Shown here in pieces: positions 8,476 through 16,294 of a DNA stretch of 29,994 nucleotides. The notes below the pieces were generated by a model. The model searched no databases. It saw nothing but the letters and a program-made list of their open reading frames with translations, and had not been told where the DNA came from. Source of the stretch: a plasmid; the sequence record NZ_CP084005.1. One strand, given 5' to 3'. The translations under genes were made by a program, and so were the position numbers. Positions within the stretch are counted from its first letter, which is position 1. Every line of letters begins with the position of its first letter.

Positions 8476-9168
8476 ATGGCCGAAAACCAAGTCCAGTCCG
8501 AAAAGAAAATGACCAGTCTGAATGTCTCATCGGAGACCCGTGACGCCATAAAGGACATCAGCACGAGCCTTGGTCTCTCGCAGGCCGATACCGTCGCCCT
8601 CTTGGTCGATGGCTACCACCCTAACGCCACTCCCGGCGTGAAGGCTGCGCTCGACGCATCGGCCGTCCTCGATGAGGCGGTCGAGCGGGTCAAGCGCATC
8701 ATCGTGGGCGCTGCCGAAGCTGCCGCGATGGAGGCTCGTGCTGCCCGCGAGGACGCCGACGCTGCCAAGAAAAGTGCAATGGAACAGATTCAGAGCATCA
8801 AATCTAATTGCGTCGAGCAGGTCGCCGCCATCAAAGAGAAATTCGAGCTGGATACTGCGAGCTTGGAGATTGAGAACGATGAGCTCCACGCCACCGTCGC
8901 CGATTACCTCTCGCAGCTCAAGAAGCTCGATTCCGAGAACAATCAGCTCTTGGCAGAATCAGCCGCAAAAGACGATCGAATTGAAAGCATGAGGGGCGCG
9001 GTCGACGCCGCGGCCAAGGCTCAGGCCGATCTCAACGTCTCCCTCCTCGCCCAGCGTGACCTGATGGCCGAGGTCGCCGCCCTCAAGGACCGCCTCGCCG
9101 CCTCCGAGCAGCGGGCGGCCGTGGCCGAGGCCAAGGTCGAGGTCATGACCCAGGCGAGGGGCGAGTAG
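8476..9168 (+). CDS. Ala-rich coiled-coil DNA-binding-like protein (KfrA-like; N-terminal RHH-like strand-helix then long coiled coil)
   Basis: N-terminus SLNVSSETRDAIKDISTSLGLSQADTVALLV (beta-strand plus helix like RHH/MobC motifs); remainder heptad-like AAEAAAMEARAAREDADAAKK...; RBS GGAG 8 nt before ATG. Confidence 0.4.
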   Translation: MAENQVQSEKKMTSLNVSSETRDAIKDISTSLGLSQADTVALLVDGYHPNATPGVKAALDASAVLDEAVERVKRIIVGAAEAAAMEARAAREDADAAKKSAMEQIQSIKSNCVEQVAAIKEKFELDTASLEIENDELHATVADYLSQLKKLDSENNQLLAESAAKDDRIESMRGAVDAAAKAQADLNVSLLAQRDLMAEVAALKDRLAASEQRAAVAEAKVEVMTQARGE

Positions 9169-9170
9169 AT

Positions 9171-9380
9171 ATGTCCGACAAGCTAAGGCCGTCTCGCCGT
9201 GAGTTGATAACGGCAGGGCTAGTCGTCTTTTTGGTCACGGCACTCGTCTGGACTGTCATTGATGGTGCCGGCGCAAATGCGCTCACCATCAGCGGTGTCA
9301 TCACCCGTCAAAATGCCGTCTGGGCTTCGCTTGCAGCAGTTTCAGTGGTCATGCTCATTGGGGCTTGGCTGTTTGGCTGA
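9171..9380 (+). CDS. Small membrane protein (2 TM)
   Basis: ATG 3 nt after upstream stop, RBS GAGGGGCGAG; LITAGLVVFLVTALVWTVI and VWASLAAVSVVMLIGAWLFG helices. Confidence 0.45.
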   Translation: MSDKLRPSRRELITAGLVVFLVTALVWTVIDGAGANALTISGVITRQNAVWASLAAVSVVMLIGAWLFG

Positions 9381-9414
9381 TGGCATTCAAAAACAATTAA
9401 GTTTGGAGTAGTCG

Positions 9415-9927
9415 ATGGAACATCTCTCTGTTAAAAAGGCAATCAACCTGGCTCGGACTCTCGGCGTCGCCGGTCTTTTGGCGGTTGCCCTGGTCACGAC
9501 CTCTGGATGCATTCGTACAGATAATCACCAGCCGGAAGGCCAGGTTTCCACCTCTGATAGCTCGCAGGAAGAGGGCGCGGTTTACGGCAAGATGGAGTAT
9601 TCAATCACCGGCGTCGAGGTACATGATTCGGCGGATGACGATGGCGGGAAGGTCGCCGTTGTTCGCTGGCACGCCATCAACAACCGAACCGCAGATTCCT
9701 TTGCCACTGGAAGCTACATTACGGCCTATCAGAATAAGCAGATGCTTCATGGCGGTCTTGCCGCCGATTTGCAGGAAGATTCCTTCTCTTCGCAAGGGCT
9801 TGCGCCGGGAGGCGAATGCGACGGTGTGTCGATTTTCGAACTCAATGACATGTCCCCCGTTGAAATTAAGATCAACGGCACGAGCGCTGGATCGAACTCT
9901 CTCGACCAGACCTTTGAATTGGAATAG
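9415..9927 (+). CDS. Lipoprotein (lipobox LVTTSGC), hypothetical
   Basis: Signal peptide LARTLGVAGLLAVALVTTSG-C; RBS GGAG before ATG 9415. Confidence 0.55.
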   Translation: MEHLSVKKAINLARTLGVAGLLAVALVTTSGCIRTDNHQPEGQVSTSDSSQEEGAVYGKMEYSITGVEVHDSADDDGGKVAVVRWHAINNRTADSFATGSYITAYQNKQMLHGGLAADLQEDSFSSQGLAPGGECDGVSIFELNDMSPVEIKINGTSAGSNSLDQTFELE

Positions 9928-9958
9928 GCCTCATAGCATCTAATTTTCTAGAAACCTT

Positions 9959-10696
9959 CTAGAGCATTTCTAGGAGGTTTCTAGAACCGAGCGCGGCATC
10001 TTCGATCGACACGATGTCTTGGTAGATCAGGCGGTGCTTGGCGTCGCACCACTCGTCGCCGTGGTAGTGGCCGAAGAACCAGGCGCGGTAGCCGAGCTGA
10101 CCGTCGAGCTCGGCAAGGAATCGCTGAAGCCGGTCGCCCCGATACTCGCGCCCGCGCTCGCGACACAGCTTCTCCGCCAGGGCGGCAGGGGCCTCGTGAG
10201 TCACAACGTAGTCGACCTTCCAGCCCACGCGGTCGAGCGAGGAGCGGCAGTGCTCCGTCTCTTCCTCGCTCGGCATCTCCTCGGGCCACCAGCTCCTCCC
10301 CTCTTTGCGATACTGCCTGTCGTTGCTCGCGGCGCCGCCCATGGCAAGGACCGTGAGCCCGTCGATATCGAACACCTCCCCGCGCATCAGGTGCAGCACG
10401 TGCGGTCGCGCCTCATGGACGAGCCCGCCGTTCCACTCCCGCACCGGCAGCCCGGCCAGGGCGTGGTGGTTCTCATGGTTGCCGTCTACGAAACACGTGG
10501 TCCAGGGCTTCGATTCGAACCAGTCGAGCCAGTATTTCTCGGCGTTGGATCCATCCCAGACAAAGCCGAAGTCGCCGGCCACGATCACTGCGTCATCGCG
10601 CGTCAGGGTCCGGCCCAGTGGCCAAGACCTGAAGGCGAACCTGCTGGCCCCGTACTCGGCCCTGCCGTGCACGTCTCCCGTCACATAGACAGCCAT
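9959..10696 (-). CDS. Metallophosphoesterase (calcineurin-like phosphoesterase), paralog 1
   Basis: MAVYVTGDVHG ... AGDFGF ... VDGNHE ... GHYHGDEW metal-binding motifs; start shares one nt with upstream stop (TGATG). Confidence 0.8.
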   Translation of the reverse strand: MAVYVTGDVHGRAEYGASRFAFRSWPLGRTLTRDDAVIVAGDFGFVWDGSNAEKYWLDWFESKPWTTCFVDGNHENHHALAGLPVREWNGGLVHEARPHVLHLMRGEVFDIDGLTVLAMGGAASNDRQYRKEGRSWWPEEMPSEEETEHCRSSLDRVGWKVDYVVTHEAPAALAEKLCRERGREYRGDRLQRFLAELDGQLGYRAWFFGHYHGDEWCDAKHRLIYQDIVSIEDAALGSRNLLEML

Positions 10697-11421
10697 CAGT
10701 ACGCACCCCACGGCAGGAGTTTGTCCCCGAGCCTCACGATCCGGTCGTACAGCACGGTATGACGTTCGTTCGGGTTGCCGTCTCGGTGAAAATGGCCGTA
10801 ATACCAGCGCTTATAGTCCAGGCGATCCTCGAGCTCGTCGAGGAATCCGGTCAGCCGGTCCACATCAGGGCGCTCCCAGCCTGGGTCCGGGTAGAGCGTC
10901 GGCGAGAGCATGCGCGTCGAGCAGGTATGGGTGATGACGCAGTCGACCTTCCAGCCGACCTTGTCGAGCTTTGTCCGCGCGGTATCGAAATCGCGCTCGT
11001 CCGGGAGCTCCTGAGGCCACCAGCTGGAATACGGCACGCGGTATTCCCTGTCCACGCTCGTGGCACCGCCCATGGTGAAGACCGTCGAGCCGTCGAGCTC
11101 GAAGACCTCGCCGCGCATGAGGCGGCGGATAGACGAAGTATCCGACAGACGTTGCGTCAGCCCGCCGTGCCACGGCTCCATGGGGCGCTCCTCCCAGTGG
11201 TCGAAGCGCTCGTGGTTGCCGTCGACGAACAGTGCCGTGTAGGGGCGCGACTCCAGCCAGGCGATGTCGGCGCATTCCTCGGCAGAGAAATCCCACGGAA
11301 AGCCAAAGTCACCGGCAACGATGAGGTAGTCATCGCCGGTAAGGCTATCCCCAAGCTCCCAGTCGCGGAGCTTTTGCATGTCGAGCCCACCGTGGATGTC
11401 GCCCGTCACATAGACCGTCAT
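10696..11421 (-). CDS. Metallophosphoesterase, paralog 2 (N-terminal 190 aa of ORF 10696..11991 appear spurious)
   Basis: MTVYVTGDIHGG ... AGDFGFPWD ... VDGNHERFDHWE ... GHFHRDGN; ATGA overlap with upstream gene at 11418-11421. Confidence 0.75.
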   Translation of the reverse strand: MTVYVTGDIHGGLDMQKLRDWELGDSLTGDDYLIVAGDFGFPWDFSAEECADIAWLESRPYTALFVDGNHERFDHWEERPMEPWHGGLTQRLSDTSSIRRLMRGEVFELDGSTVFTMGGATSVDREYRVPYSSWWPQELPDERDFDTARTKLDKVGWKVDCVITHTCSTRMLSPTLYPDPGWERPDVDRLTGFLDELEDRLDYKRWYYGHFHRDGNPNERHTVLYDRIVRLGDKLLPWGAY

Positions 11422-12056
11422 CGGATCGCCTCTTCCCTCCTGTACGCCGCCAGCTCGCGCTCGACCTGCCTGTCGCCGGTCTCGTTGACCCACCAGGGCC
11501 ATTTCACCCGGCCGCACGGCTCGTCGACTCCGGCGAACCATTCCCTCAGCTCGTCGAGGCTCACCGGGGAGTGCCCGTTGGCATCGCAACCGACGTCGTA
11601 GCGCAGAAGGCCCTGCTTGCGGTTGAACTCGTTGTACGCGCCGGCGCTGCTGTGGATGTGCCCGTGGAGGTGCCACGATCCATGGCTCATGCCCTGCCAG
11701 TCGGCCATGGGGTAATGGCTCAGGACGATCTTCTGCCCGTCGATCTTGAGCACGCAGATCGGCGGCTCCACGGTGAAGGCGCCCGCGACCGCCGGCTGGG
11801 TCCAGTCCTTGTCGTGGTTTCCCGGGACGAGGTGGATGCGCCTGCAGGCGATCCGCTTGCGCAGCCCGTAGGCGTCCTGGGCGGTCATCTTGAATGAGAA
11901 ATCCCCCAGGATGTAGAGCTCGTCGTCCACGGCAACCCTGCCGTTGATGTTGTCGACGATGGCGTCGTTCATCTGCCAAATCGTCTCCCACGGGCGGTCG
12001 GTGAACTTCAGCACGTTCTCATGCCCGAAGTGGGTGTCGCTGGTGAACCAGATCAT
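11418..12056 (-). CDS. Metallophosphoesterase (Metallophos_2/YfcE-like family member)
   Basis: MIWFTSDTHFGHENV ... LGDFSFK ... VPGNHD ... HLHGHIH motifs; RBS AGGGAGAC before ATG 12056. Confidence 0.8.
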   Translation of the reverse strand: MIWFTSDTHFGHENVLKFTDRPWETIWQMNDAIVDNINGRVAVDDELYILGDFSFKMTAQDAYGLRKRIACRRIHLVPGNHDKDWTQPAVAGAFTVEPPICVLKIDGQKIVLSHYPMADWQGMSHGSWHLHGHIHSSAGAYNEFNRKQGLLRYDVGCDANGHSPVSLDELREWFAGVDEPCGRVKWPWWVNETGDRQVERELAAYRREEAIR

Positions 12057-12495
12057 TCCATTGTCTCCCTGTCGCTAAAAACCGTTCTCCTTTGCGCTGT
12101 TGAGGAGACGTATTTTGAGCGACATGAGGCGTTCGAACCTCATGTTCTGTGCTCCAATCTGCCGGATTGTTCCGGCTAAAACTTTAAAACCTCGTGCGGA
12201 TAGAAAACCGTGTCCCGTTTGTGGGGTCATAGTATAGGCACTGTTAGAGCTAATAGCCCAAATCCGTTGCCAACTAGCCACTATTGGCAACTGTTAGGCC
12301 TTTTGGACAGCCGAGCTGACTAATAGCCGCTATTTGTTGGGCTGTTTTGCAACCACGAGCGCCACGACCGCTGCCGTGGATTCTTGATACGGCGCATCGA
12401 CAACAGCAATGTCAAGCGGGTAGAATGGTGCCGACGGCAGCCCAAGTTGTAGCGAGCTGGGCAGAGCCGTTGCGTTAGAAAGTTAGGTCATCGTC

Positions 12496-12626
12496 TTAAC
12501 GACGGTGGCCTTTCTTTTTGGGCTTCGAACCCTGCTTGAGTGCCTTGGAAAGGCCGACAAGGGCCGTGAGGAGCGAGACCAGGGCGGTCAGGAGCTTCAC
12601 GAGCTCGGTGAAATCGGTCATGGGCA
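12496..12626 (-). CDS. Small hydrophobic peptide (MPMTDFTELVKLLTALVSLLTALVGLSKALKQGSKPKKKGHRR), type I toxin/Fst-like architecture
   Basis: GGGAGGTG RBS immediately upstream; one TM helix followed by basic tail; not in ORF track because under 60 aa. Confidence 0.3.
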
Positions 12627-12698
12627 TCACCTCCCATCGGATGGAGGGCTCTGCCCGGCACAAGGGCTGCCGACAGCGCTGCTGATTCTAGCAGAGCG

Positions 12699-12947
12699 TC
12701 ATTCTTCTTCGATCAATCCGTGCTCCACTCCCTCGCCGGAATCCAGCCTTTCCGCAGCTCGACGAAGGTGTTCTTGATTCCCGCGACCCCAAAACGGATC
12801 GTCTTCGCGCTCGTCACGGGCCTTGAGCTTGCCCCTGGCTCTCTCGACGATCTTGCCAATCACTTGCCGCCGAACCTCATCCTTAACTTCCTCGCCGACC
12901 TCGCCAAACTCCATCGACGGCCCGTCCTTGCTCACCGGTCCATACAT
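12699..12947 (-). CDS. Hypothetical small acidic protein (82 aa)
   Basis: ATG 12947 with RBS AAGGGGGA 6 nt upstream; plausible composition; lies downstream of dnaB in same orientation. Confidence 0.4.
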   Translation of the reverse strand: MYGPVSKDGPSMEFGEVGEEVKDEVRRQVIGKIVERARGKLKARDEREDDPFWGRGNQEHLRRAAERLDSGEGVEHGLIEEE

Positions 12948-13007
12948 ATGGATCCCCCTTTTTCAATCCATCAATTGCGATAGATCTTCTAGAAATTTGG
13001 CAAAAGC

Positions 13008-13033
13008 GTACTCATGCAACGTTGCATGAGTAC
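13008..13033. promoter_or_regulatory. Perfect 26-bp palindrome GTACTCATGCAAC|GTTGCATGAGTAC built from the iteron half-site, just downstream of dnaB
   Basis: Exact reverse-complement symmetry read from sequence; arm matches iteron GTTGCATGAGTAC at 15826-15938. Confidence 0.7.
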
Positions 13034-13046
13034 ACAATACACCGCA

Positions 13047-14405
13047 TTATCGCGCTACGTTTCTTGCGGCAACGTAGAACCGGCAGTACTCCGGCTTGAA
13101 GACGAACTCAACAGTCCCGGTCGCCCCCATTCGGTTTTTAGCAACGATGACATTCGCGATGCCCTTGGCCGGACGTCCATCCATGTTCGCCTCTCGATCG
13201 TCGGCTGAACGGTCCAAGAACATAACGATATCGGCGTCCTGTTCGATCGAGCCGGAGTCGCGAAGATCAGACAACTGGGGCACTTTTCCGACGCGATTCT
13301 CAACCTGCCGAGAAAGCTGGGATAACGCAATGACGGGAACGTTAAGCTCCTTTGCGAGGATCTTGAGCGAACGGGAGATCTTGCCGATCTGAACGTTCCT
13401 GCTCTCGAACTTGCTTCCCTTGGGATCATCAACCAGCTGCAGGTAGTCGACGATGATGATTCCCTTTCCTTGCCCGCGAAGCATGCGCCTCGCCTTGGCG
13501 CGAATGGACGCGACGGTCGTTCCGGGCGTGTCGTCGATGTCGATTGGCAGAGCACTCACGGATGCCACGATGTTCTCAGCCAGGGCGCGGTCGCCCTCCT
13601 TGATAAGCCCATCCCTGATGGCTCCGATGGTCAAGCCGCTTGAAGCGCCGGCCGACGCGCTCGCGAGTATGCGCTGTCCTATTTCGGTAGCAGTCATCTC
13701 CAGCGAGAAGAGGCATACCTTCGTACCAACGCTTGCGATCGATGTTGCCAGATTGATTGCGAAAGCACTCTTACCGACCGCCGGCCGAGCGCCGAGGACG
13801 ATGAGCTGTCCAGGCTCGAACGAACCGATAAGCTCATCGAGCTTGGAGAATCCAGTTTTGACATGGTCCGTCGCTCCGCCCGTCCTGGTCGCCTCGGCGG
13901 AATCGAGGACGAGGCGTAAAGCGCTTTCCATGCTCTTGTAATCGCTTGGGACGGATTGCTCGGTCGCGGCGAGAAAGGTGTCCTGGACTGCGGAGATGTA
14001 TTCCGCGGTGTCTATCGGCGGGTTATTGGTTAGCGACGTTACTTCAGCGGTCGCGGCGATGACATTACGGCGAGCGGTGTCACGTCGCAGGATGTCAACG
14101 TAGTGCTCATACGACGCCTGAGCAAAGTCGTCCGAGATGAGTTCGATGACGTATGCCTCGCCACCGACGGCAGCGAGCTTTCCGCTGCTCCGAAGCCCAT
14201 CGATGACGGAGACGCAGTCGGCCCCGATACCCTTCGCATCAAGATCGCAAATCGCCTTGAAGATCGTCCTGTTCGACGGAGAGAAAAAATCTGACTCCGT
14301 GCAACTTGCCACGATTTCCACGCGTGAAACGCGGTTCGTCATGGCGGCGGCCAGCACTTTCTTTTCTGCTTCGATGTTGGACGGGAGTTTCGTTGGTAAC
14401 GGCAT
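13047..14405 (-). CDS. dnaB: Replicative DNA helicase DnaB
   Basis: N-terminal domain PSNIEAEKKVLAAAM; Walker A GARPAVGKSAFAINLA; IIIVDYLQLV; ISRSLKILAKELNVPVIALSQLSRQVENR. Confidence 0.9.
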   Translation of the reverse strand: MPLPTKLPSNIEAEKKVLAAAMTNRVSRVEIVASCTESDFFSPSNRTIFKAICDLDAKGIGADCVSVIDGLRSSGKLAAVGGEAYVIELISDDFAQASYEHYVDILRRDTARRNVIAATAEVTSLTNNPPIDTAEYISAVQDTFLAATEQSVPSDYKSMESALRLVLDSAEATRTGGATDHVKTGFSKLDELIGSFEPGQLIVLGARPAVGKSAFAINLATSIASVGTKVCLFSLEMTATEIGQRILASASAGASSGLTIGAIRDGLIKEGDRALAENIVASVSALPIDIDDTPGTTVASIRAKARRMLRGQGKGIIIVDYLQLVDDPKGSKFESRNVQIGKISRSLKILAKELNVPVIALSQLSRQVENRVGKVPQLSDLRDSGSIEQDADIVMFLDRSADDREANMDGRPAKGIANVIVAKNRMGATGTVEFVFKPEYCRFYVAARNVAR

Positions 14406-14511
14406 ATTTGGCCTTCCTACTGCGTACCAATGCAACGTTGCATGAATACGCAGTTGAATAATCTGATATTTTCTAGATATTTTCTAGAAAATATCTAGAT
14501 TTATCCCTTAA

Positions 14512-14543
14512 TGCGCACTGATGCAACGTTGCATCAGTGCGCA
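14512..14543. promoter_or_regulatory. Perfect 32-bp palindrome TGCGCACTGATGCAAC|GTTGCATCAGTGCGCA (iteron-related operator/terminator) abutting the stop of the Rep-like gene
   Basis: Exact symmetry; core TGCAACGTTGCA shared with palindromes at 13008 and 14431. Confidence 0.7.
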
Positions 14544-14544
14544 T

Positions 14545-15357
14545 TTACTTGTTTCTCTTTCTCGACTTCTTGAGAATCGCTTCCAGTGCTCGTATGCGGT
14601 CATCTTCGAGACGGACCGCAGCCACAGCGGCCCCCGACGCGATTTCCGGCACGACCTGCTTTCCCTGCTTCTTGAGCTCAATGAAACCTTGCTCGGCAAG
14701 ATGCTTCCTAGCCTTTTGGAGCGCGGAGACGGAAATACCCAGGAGCTCTGCCAGCTCCGGGTTCTTCATCGCGCCGCGGGGGTGGTCCAGCAGACTTTGG
14801 GACACGAGGTCGCCGAACACGACACAGGCTGCATCGTGGAACACATCACTTGCAAGCATGAATCGCGGCACGTGAAGGAACTGACCGCTAATCAATTCGC
14901 TTCTGGACATGCCGACAAAGTTACCGATTTCATCAAAGTCAACCGAAAGAGCCCCGCTTTCCGAGCGCACGACCCATCCCCAACCAACCATCTCGTTGAT
15001 GGTTGTACTCACTCGGCACCGATCGATATCAAGTTCGACGGCCGTTGACTCACGAAGCTCGGAAAGACCAGATCCGATATGCGAGAGCAGGATAACGGTG
15101 CCGATCGAGCATTTGCGCCCATTCGGCATCGTCTTGCCAACCACCGAAACGAGACCGAGGCGCACAAGAAGCCATGGATAGTCCTTGAGCTCACGGGTTG
15201 CGACGGGGCGCTGCAGCACAGGCGCTGCAGCGGAAGTACCCAGATTGCCTCCGCCAACCGAAAGCTCGGTTTGGAACACGAACGGCGCAGGGGCATCATT
15301 CGATTTTTCAGATTGACTGCCGACGGCGGCAGCCAGAGCGTTGGCCAAGCTGGTCAT
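14545..15357 (-). CDS. Putative replication initiator / HTH DNA-binding protein (C-terminal winged-HTH)
   Basis: ATG 15357 with RBS AGAGG; C-terminal AMKNPELAELLGISVSALQKARKHLAEQGFIELKKQG HTH; sits between iterons/RHH gene and dnaB. Confidence 0.5.
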   Translation of the reverse strand: MTSLANALAAAVGSQSEKSNDAPAPFVFQTELSVGGGNLGTSAAAPVLQRPVATRELKDYPWLLVRLGLVSVVGKTMPNGRKCSIGTVILLSHIGSGLSELRESTAVELDIDRCRVSTTINEMVGWGWVVRSESGALSVDFDEIGNFVGMSRSELISGQFLHVPRFMLASDVFHDAACVVFGDLVSQSLLDHPRGAMKNPELAELLGISVSALQKARKHLAEQGFIELKKQGKQVVPEIASGAAVAAVRLEDDRIRALEAILKKSRKRNK

Positions 15358-15516
15358 GATTATCACGACCTCTAGCCGACAGCATCATCTGCCAAGGTAC
15401 ATCCACAAAAACCAGCGGTAGAACCGAAGGTACTATGGTATGATGTCCTTGACAAATCGATATCACGTCGGAAAGAAAGACTCATTTGCTTGGCGGCTGC
15501 GAGTCTTTTTTTCTGC

Positions 15517-15705
15517 CTATTTTTCCTCATCGCCAGCCCGATCCTCGCGCTCATGAAGCATCTGGTTGCGCAAAAGCACGCCGATATACCCGGACTTGTT
15601 CATTCCGGTCTGCTCGGTAACCTCGGTAAGATAATCCACGAGCTCAACGGGAAGGGTGAGCAACACGCGCTTCTTGGACGGAGTTGCGTCCTTCTTGGAT
15701 TCCAT
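15517..15705 (-). CDS. Ribbon-helix-helix (CopG-like) protein
   Basis: KKRVLLTLPVELVDYLTEVTEQTGMNKSGYIGVLLRNQM matches RHH beta-alpha-alpha pattern; located between iteron array and Rep-like gene. Confidence 0.5.
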   Translation of the reverse strand: MESKKDATPSKKRVLLTLPVELVDYLTEVTEQTGMNKSGYIGVLLRNQMLHEREDRAGDEEK

Positions 15706-15825
15706 CTCAAATACCTTTCTGGCCGAATTTACATTGCAAATAGTATATCCGTATATATCACGATGTTCAAATATATTTCTTCACGGTTGAATGCGTTGTC
15801 ATAACCCCTTAACGCGTACTCATGC

Positions 15826-15938
15826 AACGTTGCATCAGTACATAACGTTGCATGAGTACGCACATAGCGTTGCATGAGTACGCATTTATGTTGCATCAGT
15901 ACGTGATAAATAGGGGTTAACGTTGCATGAGTACATGT
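15826..15938. repeat. Iteron array: 5 direct repeats of RYGTTGCATSAGTACR (starts 15829, 15847, 15869, 15890, 15922; about 21-22 bp spacing for the central three) flanked by inverted TAACCCC/GGGGTTA; candidate replication origin
   Basis: Read directly; the repeat unit is the half-site of the palindromes flanking dnaB. Confidence 0.75.
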
Positions 15939-16230
15939 CCCTATATATGTAGAGAAAAGAGAATTGAGAATTAAGAGAGGGGCCACAAGTGGCCTAGAAC
16001 CCCTGCTTGAAACTCACTGAAAGACGAACGCCTTTTTGCAATCGTGAGGTGACTACAGATAGGGCATCTTTTTCAGCTGCTATCCATTCCGACATTCAGT
16101 TGACCTCACGTCTAGACCACGGAAACGGCCACAGAATCGAATATCTGACACTTTGGAACCAATTCGACCGTATTCCTCAGACTGCATTATTTCGATGCCT
16201 TAAATCGGATCTGAGAGCTTACAAGAAAGA

Positions 16231-16252
16231 AAAAGCACCTTCCGGTGCTCTT
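16231..16252 (-). terminator. Rho-independent terminator for the acidic-protein gene (stem AGCACC/GGTGCT, followed on minus strand by TTTTTCTTTCTT)
   Basis: Hairpin plus U-run immediately downstream of the stop at 16295. Confidence 0.55.
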
Positions 16253-16294
16253 CTTGACTGACGTTTGATTAAGATATGTTCGCGAAATGCGATA

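Noticed and set aside
9946-9989. Considered whether the short phased TCTAGA repeats could be a CRISPR array
   Set aside because: Units are 11 bp with no spacers of unique sequence, no longer repeat and no cas genes. They behave as operator/centromere-type iterons instead.
10019-11601. Plus-strand ORFs 10019-10762 and 10759-11601, and the 190-aa N-terminal extension of ORF 10696-11991
   Set aside because: They are antisense to, or upstream extensions of, the well-supported phosphoesterase genes. They are Pro/Arg/Ala-rich, and the real start at 11421 is fixed by the ATGA coupling and the conserved MTVYVTGD N-terminus.
15372-16261. ORFs 15372-15554 (minus), 15490-15804 (plus), 15729-15986 (minus), 16007-16261 (plus)
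   Set aside because: They overlap the iteron array, the RHH gene or terminator hairpins. There are no RBSs, the sequence is AT-rich and likely intergenic.
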